The position numbers and the translations under genes were made by a program. Under the pieces are notes generated by a model. That model did no database searches. It saw only the letters and a program-made list of their open reading frames with translations, and was not told the DNA's origin. 64,000 bases of DNA from Octopus bimaculoides (Eukaryota): assembly GCF_001194135.2 (NCBI RefSeq), contig NC_068990.1:26853107-26917106 (forward strand), given 5' to 3'. Numbering within the stretch: position 1 is the first letter of the stretch; each line of letters begins with the position of its first letter. Shown here piece by piece: positions 12,302-25,507 of this stretch.

Positions 12302-13011
12302 TTACACCTGCACATGTGTATATACAGAATTATACACCCTCCAGTGCCTATTGAGGTGTGTCATTGTGGGTGTATATTTGGTTTCATGCATTCCAAGTCC
12401 AATTGTTCAATAAAATAAATAAAGAAAAAGGAAGTGTCTGGCATTTAACAATTAACTGTAGGAGAATAATAACCTCTTGGATTTAATACCTATTACAAGA
12501 ATGATGGAACACACCTTTATCTTCTGGGAGTAATTACTTACCAGAAGTACAGATTCTGGCACCAAGAAACGACCACAAGAAACAAACAAATAAAAAACGA
12601 TAAAACGGAAAAGACGAGGTGAAGAGAAAATAAATTTGTTTTTGAATATTCCCAGAACAAATCTTATGGAATGGAATTCTCATCTTAATTTACGATTGGC
12701 CCATCCATCTTTGAAGGAAATGAATATGCCAAAGTGAGTAATTATTTTTGCCATGTTGCATCAAAAAAAGTATAACTGCAACTCGTTAGAAATATAAATG
12801 TTTTCTGAAGCAATTATGATGCAAGTCAGCATACGACGTCGGTTTGGCGGGGTGGGGGGTGGACGAAACCATCAGAGATCACTTTGTCAACACATTAGCA
12901 GATGAGCACTGCAGGATGTCTTGCAGATGACCAAATCGATAGCTGCAGTCACTTCAAGACATTACACACTTAAACTATTTGATATGACAAATGCTGAAAT
13001 TATATACTCTC

Positions 13012-13168
13012 TGAGTGGTTGGCGTTAGGAAGGGCATCCAGCTGTAGAAACTCTGCCAAATTAGATTGGAGCCTGGTGTTGCCATCCGGTTTCACCAGTC
13101 CTCAGTCAAATCGTCCAACCCATGCTAGCATGGAAAGCGGACGTTAAACGACGATGATGATGATGATA
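13012..13168 (+). mobile_element. Truncated RTE-type 3' tail
   Basis: GAGTGGTTGGCGTTAGGAAGGGCATCCAGC...GTTAAACGACGATGATGAT. Confidence 0.85.
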
Positions 13169-13660
13169 TATATATAAATATGTATGNNNNNNNNNNNNNN
13201 NNNNNNNNNNNNNNNNNNNNNNNNNNNNNNNNNNNNNNNNNNNNNNNNNNNNNNNNNNNNNNNNNNNNNNNNNNNNNNNNNNNNNNNNNNNNNNNNNNNN
13301 NNNNNNNNNNNNNNNNNNNNNNNNNNNNNNNNNNNNNNNNNNNNNNNNNNNNNNNNNNNNNNNNNNNNNNNNNNNNNNNNNNNNNNNNNNNNNNNNNNNN
13401 NNNNNNNNNNNNNNNNNNNNNNNNNNNNNNNNNNNNNNNNNNNNNNNNNNNNNNNNNNNNNNNNNNNNNNNNNNNNNNNNNNNNNNNNNNNNNNNNNNNN
13501 NNNNNNNNNNNNNNNNNNNNNNNNNNNNNNNNNNNNNNNNNNNNNNNGCTCTTAAAAAATGGATTTTATCCTTTATATATACTGTTCAGTATTTACAGGT
13601 TGAGAAAATATAGCTTTTTACTTGTTGTATATATATATATATATATTTATTTATATATAT

Positions 13661-14225
13661 GAAGCTTGCTTCCCAACCACATGGTTCGGGTTTCAGTCCC
13701 ACTGAATGGCACCTTGGTCAAGTATTTTCTACTATAGCCTTGGGCTGACCAAAGCTTTTTGAGTGGATTTGGTAGATGGAAACTAAAAGAGGCTTATGTA
13801 TATATATATATATATATATATATAGGGAGAATTCACAAAAGAAAAAAGCAGCAGACGAAGACAGGTGGTGTAGACAACAAACAGATGTATTAGTATATCG
13901 CTCGGGAAGTGAAAATGTCTTCAATGCTTCAAGCCTACACTCTTCCACAGAAAGGAACACAGAAAGAAACAAGGAGAGACAAAAAAATATGTGTAGTGAT
14001 TAGCGATATATATGTGAGTGTGTCTGTGTTTGTGCCCCTTTCAACACTTGATAACAAGTGTTGGTGTGTTTATGTCCCCATAAATTAACAGTTCAGCAAA
14101 AGACACTGATAGAATAAGTGCCAGGTTTAAAAAATACATACTGAGGACAATTCATTCAACTAAAAATTCAAGGTGATGCCCCATCATGGCCACAACCTAA
14201 TGACTGAAACATGTAAAAGATAAAG
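13661..14225 (+). mobile_element. SINE family B interrupted in its internal (TA)n by a ~180 bp element
   Basis: Head at 13661-13800, body at 14010-14225. Confidence 0.85.
13825..14005 (-). mobile_element. Short element with a degenerate hammerhead-like motif (13917-13955)
   Basis: Minus strand: CTTT-CTGTGGA-A-GAGT-GTAG-GCTT-GAAG-CATT-GAAG. HHR geometry, but several core substitutions. Confidence 0.45.
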
Positions 14226-14226
14226 G

Positions 14227-14276
<50 letters not shown>

Positions 14277-15307
14277 ACATATATATCTTTACACATTTAT
14301 GTATATATTTATATATACATGTGTANNNNNNNNNNNNNNNNNNNNNNNNNNNNNNNNNNNNNNNNNNNNNNNNNNNNNNNNNNNNNNNNNNNNNNNNNNN
14401 NNNNNNNNNNNNNNNNNNNNNNNNNNNNNNNNNNNNNNNNNNNNNNNNNNNNNNNNNNNNNNNNNNNNNNNNNNNNNNNNNNNNNNNNNNNNNNNNNNNN
14501 NNNNNNNNNNNNNNNNNNNNNNNNNNNNNNNNNNNNNNNNNNNNTATATATACATATGTATAGATATGTATATGCATATATATGTAGGTAAATGGATATG
14601 AGTGTAAACAAAGAGACATACAGATAGATAGGTACATAGGTAATATGAACAGACAAGCACACACACACACACACATACACACATGCATATGCAAATGAAC
14701 ACTGAAACACATGACCATGCACACACACGCTTCACTTCACACAGGGACACATATGGAGACACACATCCATACTTAACAGGTGCACGTGCATAGTCATAAA
14801 AACCCACACACAGACACAGTGAGACATGCACACACAAGGAGAGGAGGGACACACACATATTCACACACACACACACACACACACACATACAAACACACAA
14901 GAAAACACAATCATATGAATATGCAGAATACATACATACCAACATACACACATCCATACACATATATATGCATCCACACACGCACAGATGCACACACACA
15001 CAGATGCGCACACACACACACATGCATACATACATATATATGTGCATGCACATGCACACTGACCCACACACGTGCATAAACAAACAAAAAGAATGCAGCT
15101 TGGATAACGAACAGTGTCAATGTCTATTGGAAAGGTTGCAAGACACATGGAAAGCTTTAGTAAAAATGTAAACATAAATGAGTGGAAACTGAACCGGTGA
15201 GTGTGTTAAATGATAAGGCACTAGAAGAGGATGACTCTCCCCAGACACAGCAAAATATACTTCAACACACATACTCACATAAATAATCTTGCAAACCAAC
15301 AAAATAA

Positions 15308-15359
<52 letters not shown>

Positions 15360-15416
15360 ATATATATCTGATGATGATGATGATGATGATTATCATCATC
15401 ATCATTATCATCCTTC

Positions 15417-15451
<35 letters not shown>

Positions 15452-16299
15452 TTCATCGCCATTTGACATCTGATTTCCATGCTGATGTGTTTAAATCCCC
15501 TGTAACTTAGCAGTTCAGCAAAAGAGACCGATAGAATAAGTACTAGGCTTACAAAGAATAAGTCCTCCTGGGGTCGATTTCTTTGACTAAAGGCAGTGCT
15601 CCAGCATGGACTAAAACAAATAAAATAAAAAAGAAAAAGAAAAGAAAAGATGTATACAAAACAGCATAACTACGATTCTGTGAGAAAAAAACTATAAAAC
15701 TATGTTATAGATTATTTCACACAATGGAACATCTGACACTTTTACTTATTTATTAAGAGGATATATGTATTGAACACTTAATACAACCTGAAAGCTGACA
15801 GATTAACGATATTAAGTGATTAATAACAAATTCCAATTAGGTTCGTTAAACATTTCTGTAATCAAACTACATTCGTTCATCGTCATCTTTTTGTTCTCTG
15901 TGTAAACTTGACAATGTTCAAACATGGTGGGTTTTATTTCTGTGTATTTCTTGAGAAAAGAAAAATCTTTGAGTTTAGATGGTGGCTCTAGAAGCTAAAG
16001 TATTCCAAGGAAGACATGTCCATATGGTTTAAATATTTATTCATGATACACAGAGCATGCTTAAATGGTTGATCGGCCTTTTAAAAATGTCGTTTAAATT
16101 TATCACAAATCATATCTGACCCTTTAAAGGGGGAAGTGTTTGTAATAACAATGGGGTTGACCGTTGAAGCTTTTGTATGAGTGTTCAGGTTTTGCTGAAT
16201 GACCTTCACAGATAATTTGTTTATAGGGGTCAAATGTATGTGCTGTACATTGGCTCCTTCCCTCTATCAGACTGGTGTCACCTGAATAGGTGTAACAGG

Positions 16300-16452
16300 T
16301 GTGCCATGTGTCAGGTGTCGAAGTGATTGCAGAGCAATGTGAGTGAGATGAAGTGTTTTGCTCAAGAAAACAATGCACCACCTGCTCTAGGAATTGAAAC
16401 GATGATCTCGAGATCGTGAGTAGAACTCCCTAACCATCAGGCCATGCATCCT
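16300..16452 (-). mobile_element. tRNA-derived SINE head related to family D
   Basis: Minus strand: GGATGCATGGCCTGATGGTTAGGG...TTTCAATTCC..TTGTTTTCTTGAGCAAAACACTT. Confidence 0.6.
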
Positions 16453-16479
16453 CACATAAAAATAATGATAATAATAGTT

Positions 16480-16950
16480 ATTACTATTTCTACTCAAAGC
16501 ACAAAGCCTTGAAAATTTTGAGGGGAAGGGGCTAGTTGATTACATCGACCCCAGTGCGTGACTGGTACTTATTTCATCGACCCTGAAAGGATGAAAGGCA
16601 AAGTCAACCTTTGCAGAATTTGAACTCAGAACATAAAGATGGACGAAATGCTGATAAGCATTTTGCCTGGCATTGGTAATGACTATCGGTCTCTGCCAGC
16701 TTCCAGCCTTAACGGCAATAATAGTAGTAGTAGTAGTCCTTTCTACTAAAGACACAAGGTCTGCAATTTCAGATAAGGGGTTAAGTCAATTGCATTTACC
16801 CCAGCGCACAACTGGTACTTATTTTATTGACCCCCACAAAAAAAAAATGAAAGGCAAAGTTGACCTTGGCGGAATTTGAACTTGGAACGTAAAGACAGAC
16901 AAAATGCCACTTAGCATTTTCTCCAGTATGTGAACGATTCAGCCAGCTTA
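16480..16950 (-). mobile_element. Two tandem family C SINEs
   Basis: Family C cores at ~16540-16712 and ~16780-16950. Confidence 0.85.
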
Positions 16951-16994
16951 CCACTACAAATTGGAGGGTCAAGTTTATGAAAAGTCAAGGGTCT

Positions 16995-17350
16995 CCATTG
17001 TGTGAAATCTGTAAGAGAGTCGATGAAAGCATTGCTCATATCATGAGCGAATGGCCTAGATTTGCTCAAAACCATTATAAGGTGTGGTGACACAATGAGG
17101 TAGTGAAAGGGCTACATTAGAAACTATGTGGAAAGTGGGATCTCAAGAGAGGCAAGGTGTGGTATGAGTACAGAGACTGCAAAATCGTATGGGGTTTCTT
17201 GAGCATAGTAACCTGGACCTAGTGGTGGTAGGTAAGGCGAAAAACATGTGCTGTATTACTGATTTTGTGTGCCCCTTTGACCAACGAATAGTGAAGAAGG
17301 ACAGGGAGAAATAGACATATATAGCCTTCTTAAATACAAGATATTGGCCT
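16995..17350 (+). pseudogene. CCHC zinc knuckle and restriction-like endonuclease remnant of an RLE-type LINE
   Basis: PLCEICKRVDESIAHIMSEWPRFAQNHYK...H*KLCGKW...WYE, then LDLVVVGKAKNMCCITDFVCPFDQRIVKKDREK (PD-(D/E)xK pattern). Stops and frameshifts. Confidence 0.8.
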
Positions 17351-18065
17351 TCCTCAATAGTCCACATGATATGGCCTTCCTAGGCTTTCATTGGCCTTGT
17401 CAATGGTAGATACCTAAAGCTGTCATCATAAATATCAAGTAGGCTTGTTAAAAATCAATCAATAGTGCCTTTTAAGTGGGCATAAATACTATAAGATTTT
17501 ATCTTTTTGCCAGAAATATAGAAAAGATGCAGAAAAAAAAAAACCTAGTTCTCAAGAACAGGAAATTGCTATGAACAGAAAACTCATCTTACCCAATTCT
17601 GACCATATTTGTAATGTCAATGTACAGTAATAGGTGAAGTATTTGATGAAGAATCAGTTGTAGATAGTCTATATGTGTGTGTGTGTATGATGCGTGTCTT
17701 TGGATAGTTTTCCAAATAGAATTGTCTCGGCAGGGAACAACTCTGTGGGTCCTGTTTGCAGTTTTAATAGATTTTGGGGAGTAGCAGACATGCAACAATA
17801 GACATAAAAAAAAACATAATACTGATGTATCACTAGAAACTCCAGATAATTATATATATATATATNNNNNNNNNNTATAAATACACAATCTCTCTCTCTC
17901 TCTGTCTAATAATGTATCTATCTATCTACACACACACACACATTCATACATAGATTTATGTACGTACAACAGACCATTCTACAACATACATGATAAATAT
18001 ATAGGCTTTCCATGTTAAATGATGATGATGTATTTATTATGTATATATAAATATATACCTGTATA

Positions 18066-18146
<81 letters not shown>

Positions 18147-18519
18147 GTGTGTGTATGTATGTCTATAAAAATATACACACACACACACACACACATTGGA
18201 TTATATTTCACCATAATGTGTCATCTAATTTTCTCCCAACCAAACCGTGTGAACTGACTTTGGAGTTTGCAGAACACTTTCTTCTTTTTCCTCTGAAGAA
18301 ATGGTTAAATCAATTATTGATAAACAAATCTTTTTATAAGTTTTCTATAATTCCACATTTATTTGTATTTTTTTTATTGTCTCTTTAACAGATTCTTTTT
18401 TCATCATCATTTTTCTGGACTTACCATGGGGTTGACATAAAGGCTGTGTGAATATATATATATTTGTGTGTGTGTGTGTGTATTATATATATATATACAC
18501 TTACACACACATACAAATA

Positions 18520-19190
18520 TCATCATCATCATTTAACGTCTGCTTTCCATGCTAGAATGGGTTGGACGATTTGACTGAGGACTGGCGAACCAGATGGCTG
18601 CACCAGGCTCCAATCTGATCTGGTAGAGTTTCTACAGCTGGATGCCCTTCCTAACGCCAACCACTCCGAGAGTGTAGTGGGTGCTTTTACATACCACCGG
18701 CACAAGGGCCAGTTTGGCGGTACTGGCAATGGCCACACTCAAATGGTGTTTTTTTACATGCCACCTGCACAGGAGTCAGTCCAATGTTTTGTTCACATGC
18801 CACCATGTAAAGTATATCATAATCATTATTTAACGTCCGTCTTCCATGCTGGCATGGGTTGGACAATTTGATAGGAGCTTGCAAGCCAGAGAGAGCTGCA
18901 CCAAGCTCCTTTGTCTACTTTGGCATGGTTCCTACAGCTGGATACCCTTCCAAAAACCAACCACTTTACAGAGTGTACTGGGTGCATTTATACTGGACTG
19001 GCTCCTGTGCAGGTAGCACGTAAAAAACACCTTTTGAGCATGGTTGTTGCCAGAACTGCCTGACTGGCCCTCATGCCGGTGACATGTAAAAGCACCCAGT
19101 ATATTCTCAGAATGGTTGGCGTTAGGAAGGGCATCCAGCTGTAGAAACTTTGCCAGATCAGATTGATCACCAGTCCTCAGTCAAACCGTA
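18520..19190. mobile_element. Cluster of RTE-type 3' tails (two minus, one plus)
   Basis: CATCATCATTTAACGTC...GGATGCCCTTCCTAACGCCAACCACTCCGAGAG at 18520-18760 and 18815-18990; plus-strand copy ~19040-19190. Confidence 0.8.
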
Positions 19191-19573
19191 TGCATATATA
19201 TATATATGTGTATATATGTATATATACTCACACACACTCACACACATATATATGTATGTATGTACATATGTGTGTATGTACATACAACAAATACACTTAG
19301 AAATATTTAATAGACGATGAAAGGACAGCGAACCAATAGTTTAACTATAAACCTAATACAAATACTTATCATAAATGGATTGATAAATATCAATAAATAG
19401 ATCAGGTAGACATTTGTTTTGAGAAGAATTATCTAAGTCAGTGCCTACTCTTTGCTATTTTCCTGCCTCACCATAAAATGCCAGTCCACTTCACTAACAT
19501 AAACTGTTTATGGATGCTGCAGGATGAGCATCTCATAAACCAGCGTTTATAGGTAAGTTACTCTAAATATTAG

Positions 19574-19606
<33 letters not shown>

Positions 19607-19804
19607 NNNNNNNNNNNNNNNNNNNNNNNNNNNNNNNNNNNNNNNNNNNNNNNNNNNNNNNNNNNNNNNNNNNNNNNNNNNNNNNNNNNNNNNNNNNNNN
19701 NNNNNNNNNNNNNNNNNNNNNNNNNNNNNNNNNNNNNNNNNNNNNNNNNNNNNNNNNNNNNNNNNNNNNNNNNNNNNNNNNNNNNNNNNNNNNNNNNNTA
19801 TATA

Positions 19805-19839
<35 letters not shown>

Positions 19840-20842
19840 GTGCGTGTGTGTTTATATGTATGTATGTGTGTATGTATCACAGTATCATGGTGTTGACCAG
19901 ACTATCCGATGTGAGGCATCTCTAGTTACAATACATTTTACATTGTTTTAACTTTCAAATGATGCCACCCTGTTATATGTATATATTTATATATATTATA
20001 AAACCAGCTGGACAACTTGATTCAAATAATACATAATTGTTTTATGAATATTTATATAAAAATATGAGCAGAAGTATGCGGACGTCACCATGAGGAGATG
20101 AAAATATAAAGAGTGACTCAGAGTATGGTTAAATAAAGAAAATAATGAAATAGATCATGGTAGTTTTAGAAGTCTTTGGATATGAAGGACAAATAAAAAA
20201 TCACGATGCAATAAATTAGAATAGGAAAAAAAAAAAACATTGTTCTCACATTATATAAATATTGATGATATGAATTAATGGTAAGAGTGAATTAATTGGC
20301 ATTAATCCATTAGCTGTAACAGAAGCGAGCTGTAGTTTTTATGTGAAAAATGATTATATAAAAATGTAATTCAGAAAAGATACATAACAATTGATTAGGG
20401 TTTTTAGAATATAGTAGCAGCTTGGGGACAATGTTAGGTTTGCAATGATCTGGAGATTTAAGGAGATTTTTGATGTTAGAAAATTGTTATAAAATAGATT
20501 TTGCAGGTTAAATAAAAGTTGTAATAAATATAAGACGACTGAAAATATCAATAGATTCGTATAAATGTATTGATATAAACATAAAGAAGAAAATCATTGA
20601 AAAGTTGTTCTGTTTTCAAAGAGAACTGAAAAAAATGTAAAAATAAAAAGTTTTGAAAAAAGGAACAAAGAAAACAAAATGGATTCTTAGAAAGATGAGA
20701 AATTTTAAAGGAAATTAAAGGAAATGGAATAAAATATTTGGGAGTATTTATTATACTATATCCATTTATCAGGAGAAATCTTTGCAGAGTTAGCATAAAC
20801 AGTTGATTGAGAATGATTGAGAGTTACAGAACTGCACTTCTA

Positions 20843-21090
20843 GTGGAGGTACCTGGCTTACTGGTTAAGGTGTTGGACTTATGATCGTTAGATTGTGGTT
20901 TCGATTCCTAGACTGGGCAACGCATTGTGTTCTTGGGCAAAACACTTAATTTCACCTCACTCCAGTCCATTCAGCTGGCAAAAACAAGTTATCCTGTGAA
21001 AGACTGACGTCCCATCCAGGTGGGGAATTTATTCGCCATTGAAACCAGGAAACCAGTCCTTATGAGTCTGTATGACTCGAGAAGGTAACT
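20843..21090 (+). mobile_element. tRNA-derived SINE (family D-like head, different tail)
   Basis: GGAGGTACCTGGCTTACTGGTTAAGG..TTTCGATTCC..TGTGTTCTTGGGCAAAACACTT..GACTGACGTCCCATCCAGG. Related copy at ~37355-37650. Confidence 0.65.
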
Positions 21091-21595
21091 GTACTTCATT
21101 TTTTTACACAATCTTCTGAAGGTTTCTGTAAATACTGAGAATGAAGGTTCCTCTGCTAAAAAACACGGTCTGCCCTAATATAAATGGTAAATGTCTTTTA
21201 TTACAACTCCAAGCAAACCAATATTTTGTGAGTGGATTTGGTAGATGGAAACTGAGAGAAGCCTGTCTTATATGTGCATATTTGTGTCTCCTTGCTTGAC
21301 ATCATGAGATAGTTATAAAAGAATGTCACTGTTGTACAAGGAGTAGCATTCATTTCCAGTATTCTGCTAGAACATGTCTGGTTTAGGAGCAAATACTACC
21401 TTGGTTGGAAACAGGTAAGGGTTGGTGAGAGGAAGAGCATCCAGGTGAGAGGAAGAGCATCCAAATCTACCTGAATAAACACCATTCAACACATGCAAGC
21501 ATGAAAAAGTGTACAGGGAGACAATGATGGTTTTAGATATATATAAATGCTTGCAAAAACAGTTTTGATAAAAGGATACAATTAAATCCGGCAAA

Positions 21596-21810
21596 TCACC
21601 ACAACCCCTGGTCCCTTGTAATTTCCTCAGTGAGGCCCAACATCTGAAGATCCTTTCTCATCACTTTGTCCCACGTTTTCCTGTGTCTACCCCTTCCACA
21701 GGTTCCCTCCATAATTAGAGCACAGTACTTCTTTATGAAACTGTCCTCATTCATACACATCACAGAACCAAACCAGCGTAGTCTTCTGTTTTGCACACAA
21801 CATCTGATGC
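21596..21810 (-). pseudogene. RTE-clade LINE RT C-terminal fragment
   Basis: RRLRWFGSVMCM...EGTCGRGRHRKTWDKVMRKDLQMLGLTEE matches the RTE RRLRWxGHV...GRGRPRKTW motif. Confidence 0.85.
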
Positions 21811-21889
21811 CTCTTATGACCAGTTTTCCTCTTAAATCACTTCATCACTCATCACTCAAATCACTTCATCACTCAAATCGTATTAAAGT

Positions 21890-22105
21890 GGTGAGTTAGC
21901 AGAATTGTTCGCAGCATGCCAGGCAAAATGCTTAGTGGCATTTTGTCCGTCTTTACATTCTGAGTTCAAATTCCACTGAGGTTCACTTTGTCTTCCATCC
22001 TTTCAGGGGTTGATAAAATAAGTACCCATTGAGCATGAGGTCAATGTAATGAAATAAGTTACCTCCCCAAAATTTCTGGCCTTGTGCTAAAATTTGAAAT
22101 CAATA
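21890..22105 (+). mobile_element. SINE family C
   Basis: Full head and core. Confidence 0.85.
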
Positions 22106-22689
22106 TAAACATGGTATGCCATGGAGCTCCATCAAGTTTTGAAACAATGCAAAATGACAGAGAACCAGGACAGGGAATGATATGAAACAGCTAACAGCAC
22201 AATAGTGTAGACTTCTGGAATGCATTTGCCTCCATTGGATGAATGCTTGATAACATTCTCAACAAACGGGCCCAAAATGAAGTGTTTAGATTGCCAAAGA
22301 GAGGACTAATAGTTCATACACAAGACCCTGTAGTGGTTGTGTTAAAGAAAGTACTGACAAACCACAACTACAACTGTTTATTATTCCATGTAAAAATGTC
22401 AATCATCATAATATAAGGAATTGTACATTCCTATGGACTCAACTCCCAAAGGGAAGAAACGTTTTGCTAACAATCTTTTCTCATGTAATAACCAGAATTT
22501 GGAACAAATGTAATGGAACTGCTACCTTGACCCCCTCACCTGGTTAATATTGCACCAGTTGAGGTGCAATATTAATATTCAGAGGTTCAGACTATTGACT
22601 GAGTGTATAGATAAATCTTACCACTCACACAAAATGGTGGCCTCTCAGAATGATATTGTTTCTCAGTATGCAAATGATGACTGTCTCAT

Positions 22690-23490
22690 TTCACTATATA
22701 TTCTCAACTATTGTGCCACCCTCAAATCAATCATGACCACCCTCCTCCATTTTGCCAAACTTATCATCCTACACAAGATCACCTCCTCCAATGCCTTCTC
22801 CCTTCTTGAAAGTTTATTTCTTGCAAGTACTTGGTGACCCTGTCAGTGCAGGTGCCACTTAAAAGCACCCGGTCCACACTGTAAAGTGGTTTGTGTTTGG
22901 AAGGGTATCCAGCTATAAAAACCTTGCCAAAATTGACCTCACCTGTGCTTGTGACACGTAAAAAACACTAAGTCCACTCTGCTGAGTGGTTAGTGTTAGG
23001 AAGGGCATCCAGCTGTACAAATCCTGCCAAAACACTCACAGAAGTCTGGTGCAGGCTTCAGCCTAGCTGGTTGTTGTGAAACTGTTCCCCCCATGCTAGC
23101 ATGGAAGGCAGATGTTAAACGATGATGATGACGATGATGATGATGTCTCCACTCAAAACTTCGACTTGCAAGTCTCCGAGATAGCTAAGAAAGTCAGAAT
23201 GTGCTCCACCTACACCAAACTGTGTGTTGGTTATACTGAGATTACCCAGATATTCTCACAGTTTACTAACCTTGGATCAGAGATAAACAGTCACTATATT
23301 AAATTATGTATCAGCACCAGCTTCCTCACCTGTGAACAACACAAAACATTTTTAAAATTCATTTCCTTTAGTTCTGACACACAATTTCATTTCCCAACAT
23401 CTCCATCATCTTATATGTAACCTCTTTCACTTCAACACTAGCGCCATCTATGAAACCTATCAAATCTCACTGCTACCCCACTCATCCCAA
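22690..23490 (+). pseudogene. Decayed Penelope-like RT (not Naiad-type), split by an RTE tail at ~22812-23144
   Basis: TTLLHFAKLI..SNAFSL before the insertion. After it, RMCSTYTKLCVGYTE..QIFSQF..HYIKLCI..FLKFI and MKPIKSHCYPTHPKH, resembling PLE RMGPSYANLFVGY, RYIDD and YKPTDSHSYL..HP. Confidence 0.6.
22812..23144 (+). mobile_element. RTE-type 3' tail
   Basis: Duplicated AAAAGCACC/GGAAGGGCATCCAGC blocks, ending in (GAT)n. Confidence 0.8.
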
Positions 23491-24457
23491 ACACTCCACC
23501 TCCTACACTCACTTGCTTTACATCTGTCATCTCCCTCTGGTCACGATGGTGATTCTGAGACTGAATTCCATCTTAGTACATATCCCAGCATTCAACTCAA
23601 ACTGGATACACCTTTCCAATTCCAGATGCATCCCCACCTTTACATGACCACACCACCCACCTTCATGACCACACCACCCACAGGGCCAGCTTTCCATCCC
23701 CTCTTGCCCTGCAGCCCTTTCTGTCTTTCTAACATACTTTACTAGATGCATTCTGAATCCCTCAGTCTGACTCCACAACTTTCCACAATTTCCCTATCCC
23801 ACCTTCCCCTCTTTCAAATGTTCCTTTAATCTGCATGACCTACTCACCCATTCTTCCCTCCCAACTCCCTGCGCCCAATATTTCCTCCACTTTTTCCCTT
23901 GTACGTTTTAAACCCCATTGCTTTCCTATCACTTCCAGTCATTTCCAATTTAACCCGACACACACCAACACACATATTTCTCCGTTGATTGTGTTCTATC
24001 TCTCTACTTTCAAATTTTCTAAGGAAGAACAATAAGATATTCTTCTCCTCCTCCTCCTCCATCATTATCTTCTTCTTACTCCTCCTCCTCTTCCTCCTTT
24101 TCTTCTTCTTCTTCCTCTCCTCTCTCTTTCTTTACCTTGTTATCCCTTCCTTCCAACTATAAATATTTGTTCCACTGAGGCTAATGTTGTTACTCTTAGA
24201 ATTATTATTCATTGACTTATGTTGTTGTTGATGTTGTTATTAATATTGTTGTTGTTGTCATTATTATTTATGCTAGTTGTCATGCTCTGTTGTTGATTCA
24301 TTCCAAAATATTCCTTTTTAGGAAATAAAATGTTTAAGAATTAAGGGATCTAATAACGTATAATTAGTTACCAGAAGGAAATTCCAGAAAACAAAATGGG
24401 TATTTTGGTTCTATATGTGCATAACTAACTACACACACACACACGTGCGCGTGTGTT

Positions 24458-24491
<34 letters not shown>

Positions 24492-24494
<3 letters not shown>

Positions 24495-24583
24495 TTTATT
24501 TAAAAGCAGCAGAAATATAACAAAAAAACCGTTACTCTGAGTTTCACGTTCCCGTTCATCGGACAGTTTTGTGCTTCCTCCGG
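24492..24583 (-). mobile_element. 92-bp hammerhead mini-element flanked by (TA)n
   Basis: Consists of an HHR plus a downstream AATAAA, with (TA)n on both sides. Confidence 0.75.
24525..24570 (-). ncRNA. Type I hammerhead ribozyme (U4C core variant)
   Basis: AAAACTGT-CCGATGA-ACG(GGAA)CGT-GAAA-CT(CAG)AG-TA|ACGGTTTT. 8-bp stem I, 3-bp stem II with GNRA loop, 3-bp stem III, GUA cleavage triplet. Confidence 0.85.
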
Positions 24584-24752
24584 TATATATATATATATAT
24601 ATATATATAAACACACATTTGTAAACAGAAATTAGTGTATAGATATTTATATGCATGCATGTTCATATGTGCATACATATGTATATATATGTATATATAC
24701 ATATATATATATATGCATACATACATACATATATGCATACATACATATATGC

Positions 24753-24805
<53 letters not shown>

Positions 24806-25224
24806 NNNNNNNNNNNNNNNNNNNNNNNNNNNNNNNNNNNNNNNNNNNNNNNNNNNNNNNNNNNNNNNNNNNNNNNNNNNNNNNNNNNNNNNNNNNNNNN
24901 NNNNNNNNNNNNNNNNNNNNNNNNNNNNNNNNNNNNNNNNNNNNNNNNNNNNNNNNNNNNNNNNNNNNNNNNNNNNNNNNNNNNNNNNNNNNNNNNNNNN
25001 NNNNNNNNNNNNNNNNNNNNNNNNNNNNNNNNNNNNNNNNNNNNNNNNNNNNNNNNNNNNNNNNNNNNNNNNNNNNNNNNNNNNNNATATATACATACGT
25101 GTGTGTGTGTGTAAAATTGTTATTTGCACCATGTACTGCAGTACAGCATAGTCTGAAGTGATTATTTGGATAGTAATTCTTAATATGTCCCAGATAGGTT
25201 AAGACAGAGCAAACAGAACTAATA

Positions 25225-25410
25225 GCCTGCCAGGCAAAATGCTAAGCGATGTTTCATCCGTCTACGTTCTGAGTTCAAATTCCGTTTAGTTCTAGTTGCC
25301 TTTCATCCTTTTGGGGTTGATAAAACAAATACCGCTGGAACACTTGGGTTGATGTAATTGACTTGTCGCCTTCCCCCGATATTGTTGGTCTTGTGCTAAA
25401 ATTTGAGACC
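25225..25410 (+). mobile_element. SINE family C (degenerate)
   Basis: TTCTGAGTTCAAATTCC..GCCTTTCATCCTTTTGGGGTTGATAAAA. Confidence 0.75.
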
Positions 25411-25467
25411 GATATGTCCAGATAGGTACAGATGCAAAGTATATTTGTTTGTGTAGTGTACATCATG

Positions 25468-25501
<34 letters not shown>

Positions 25502-25507
25502 ATATAT

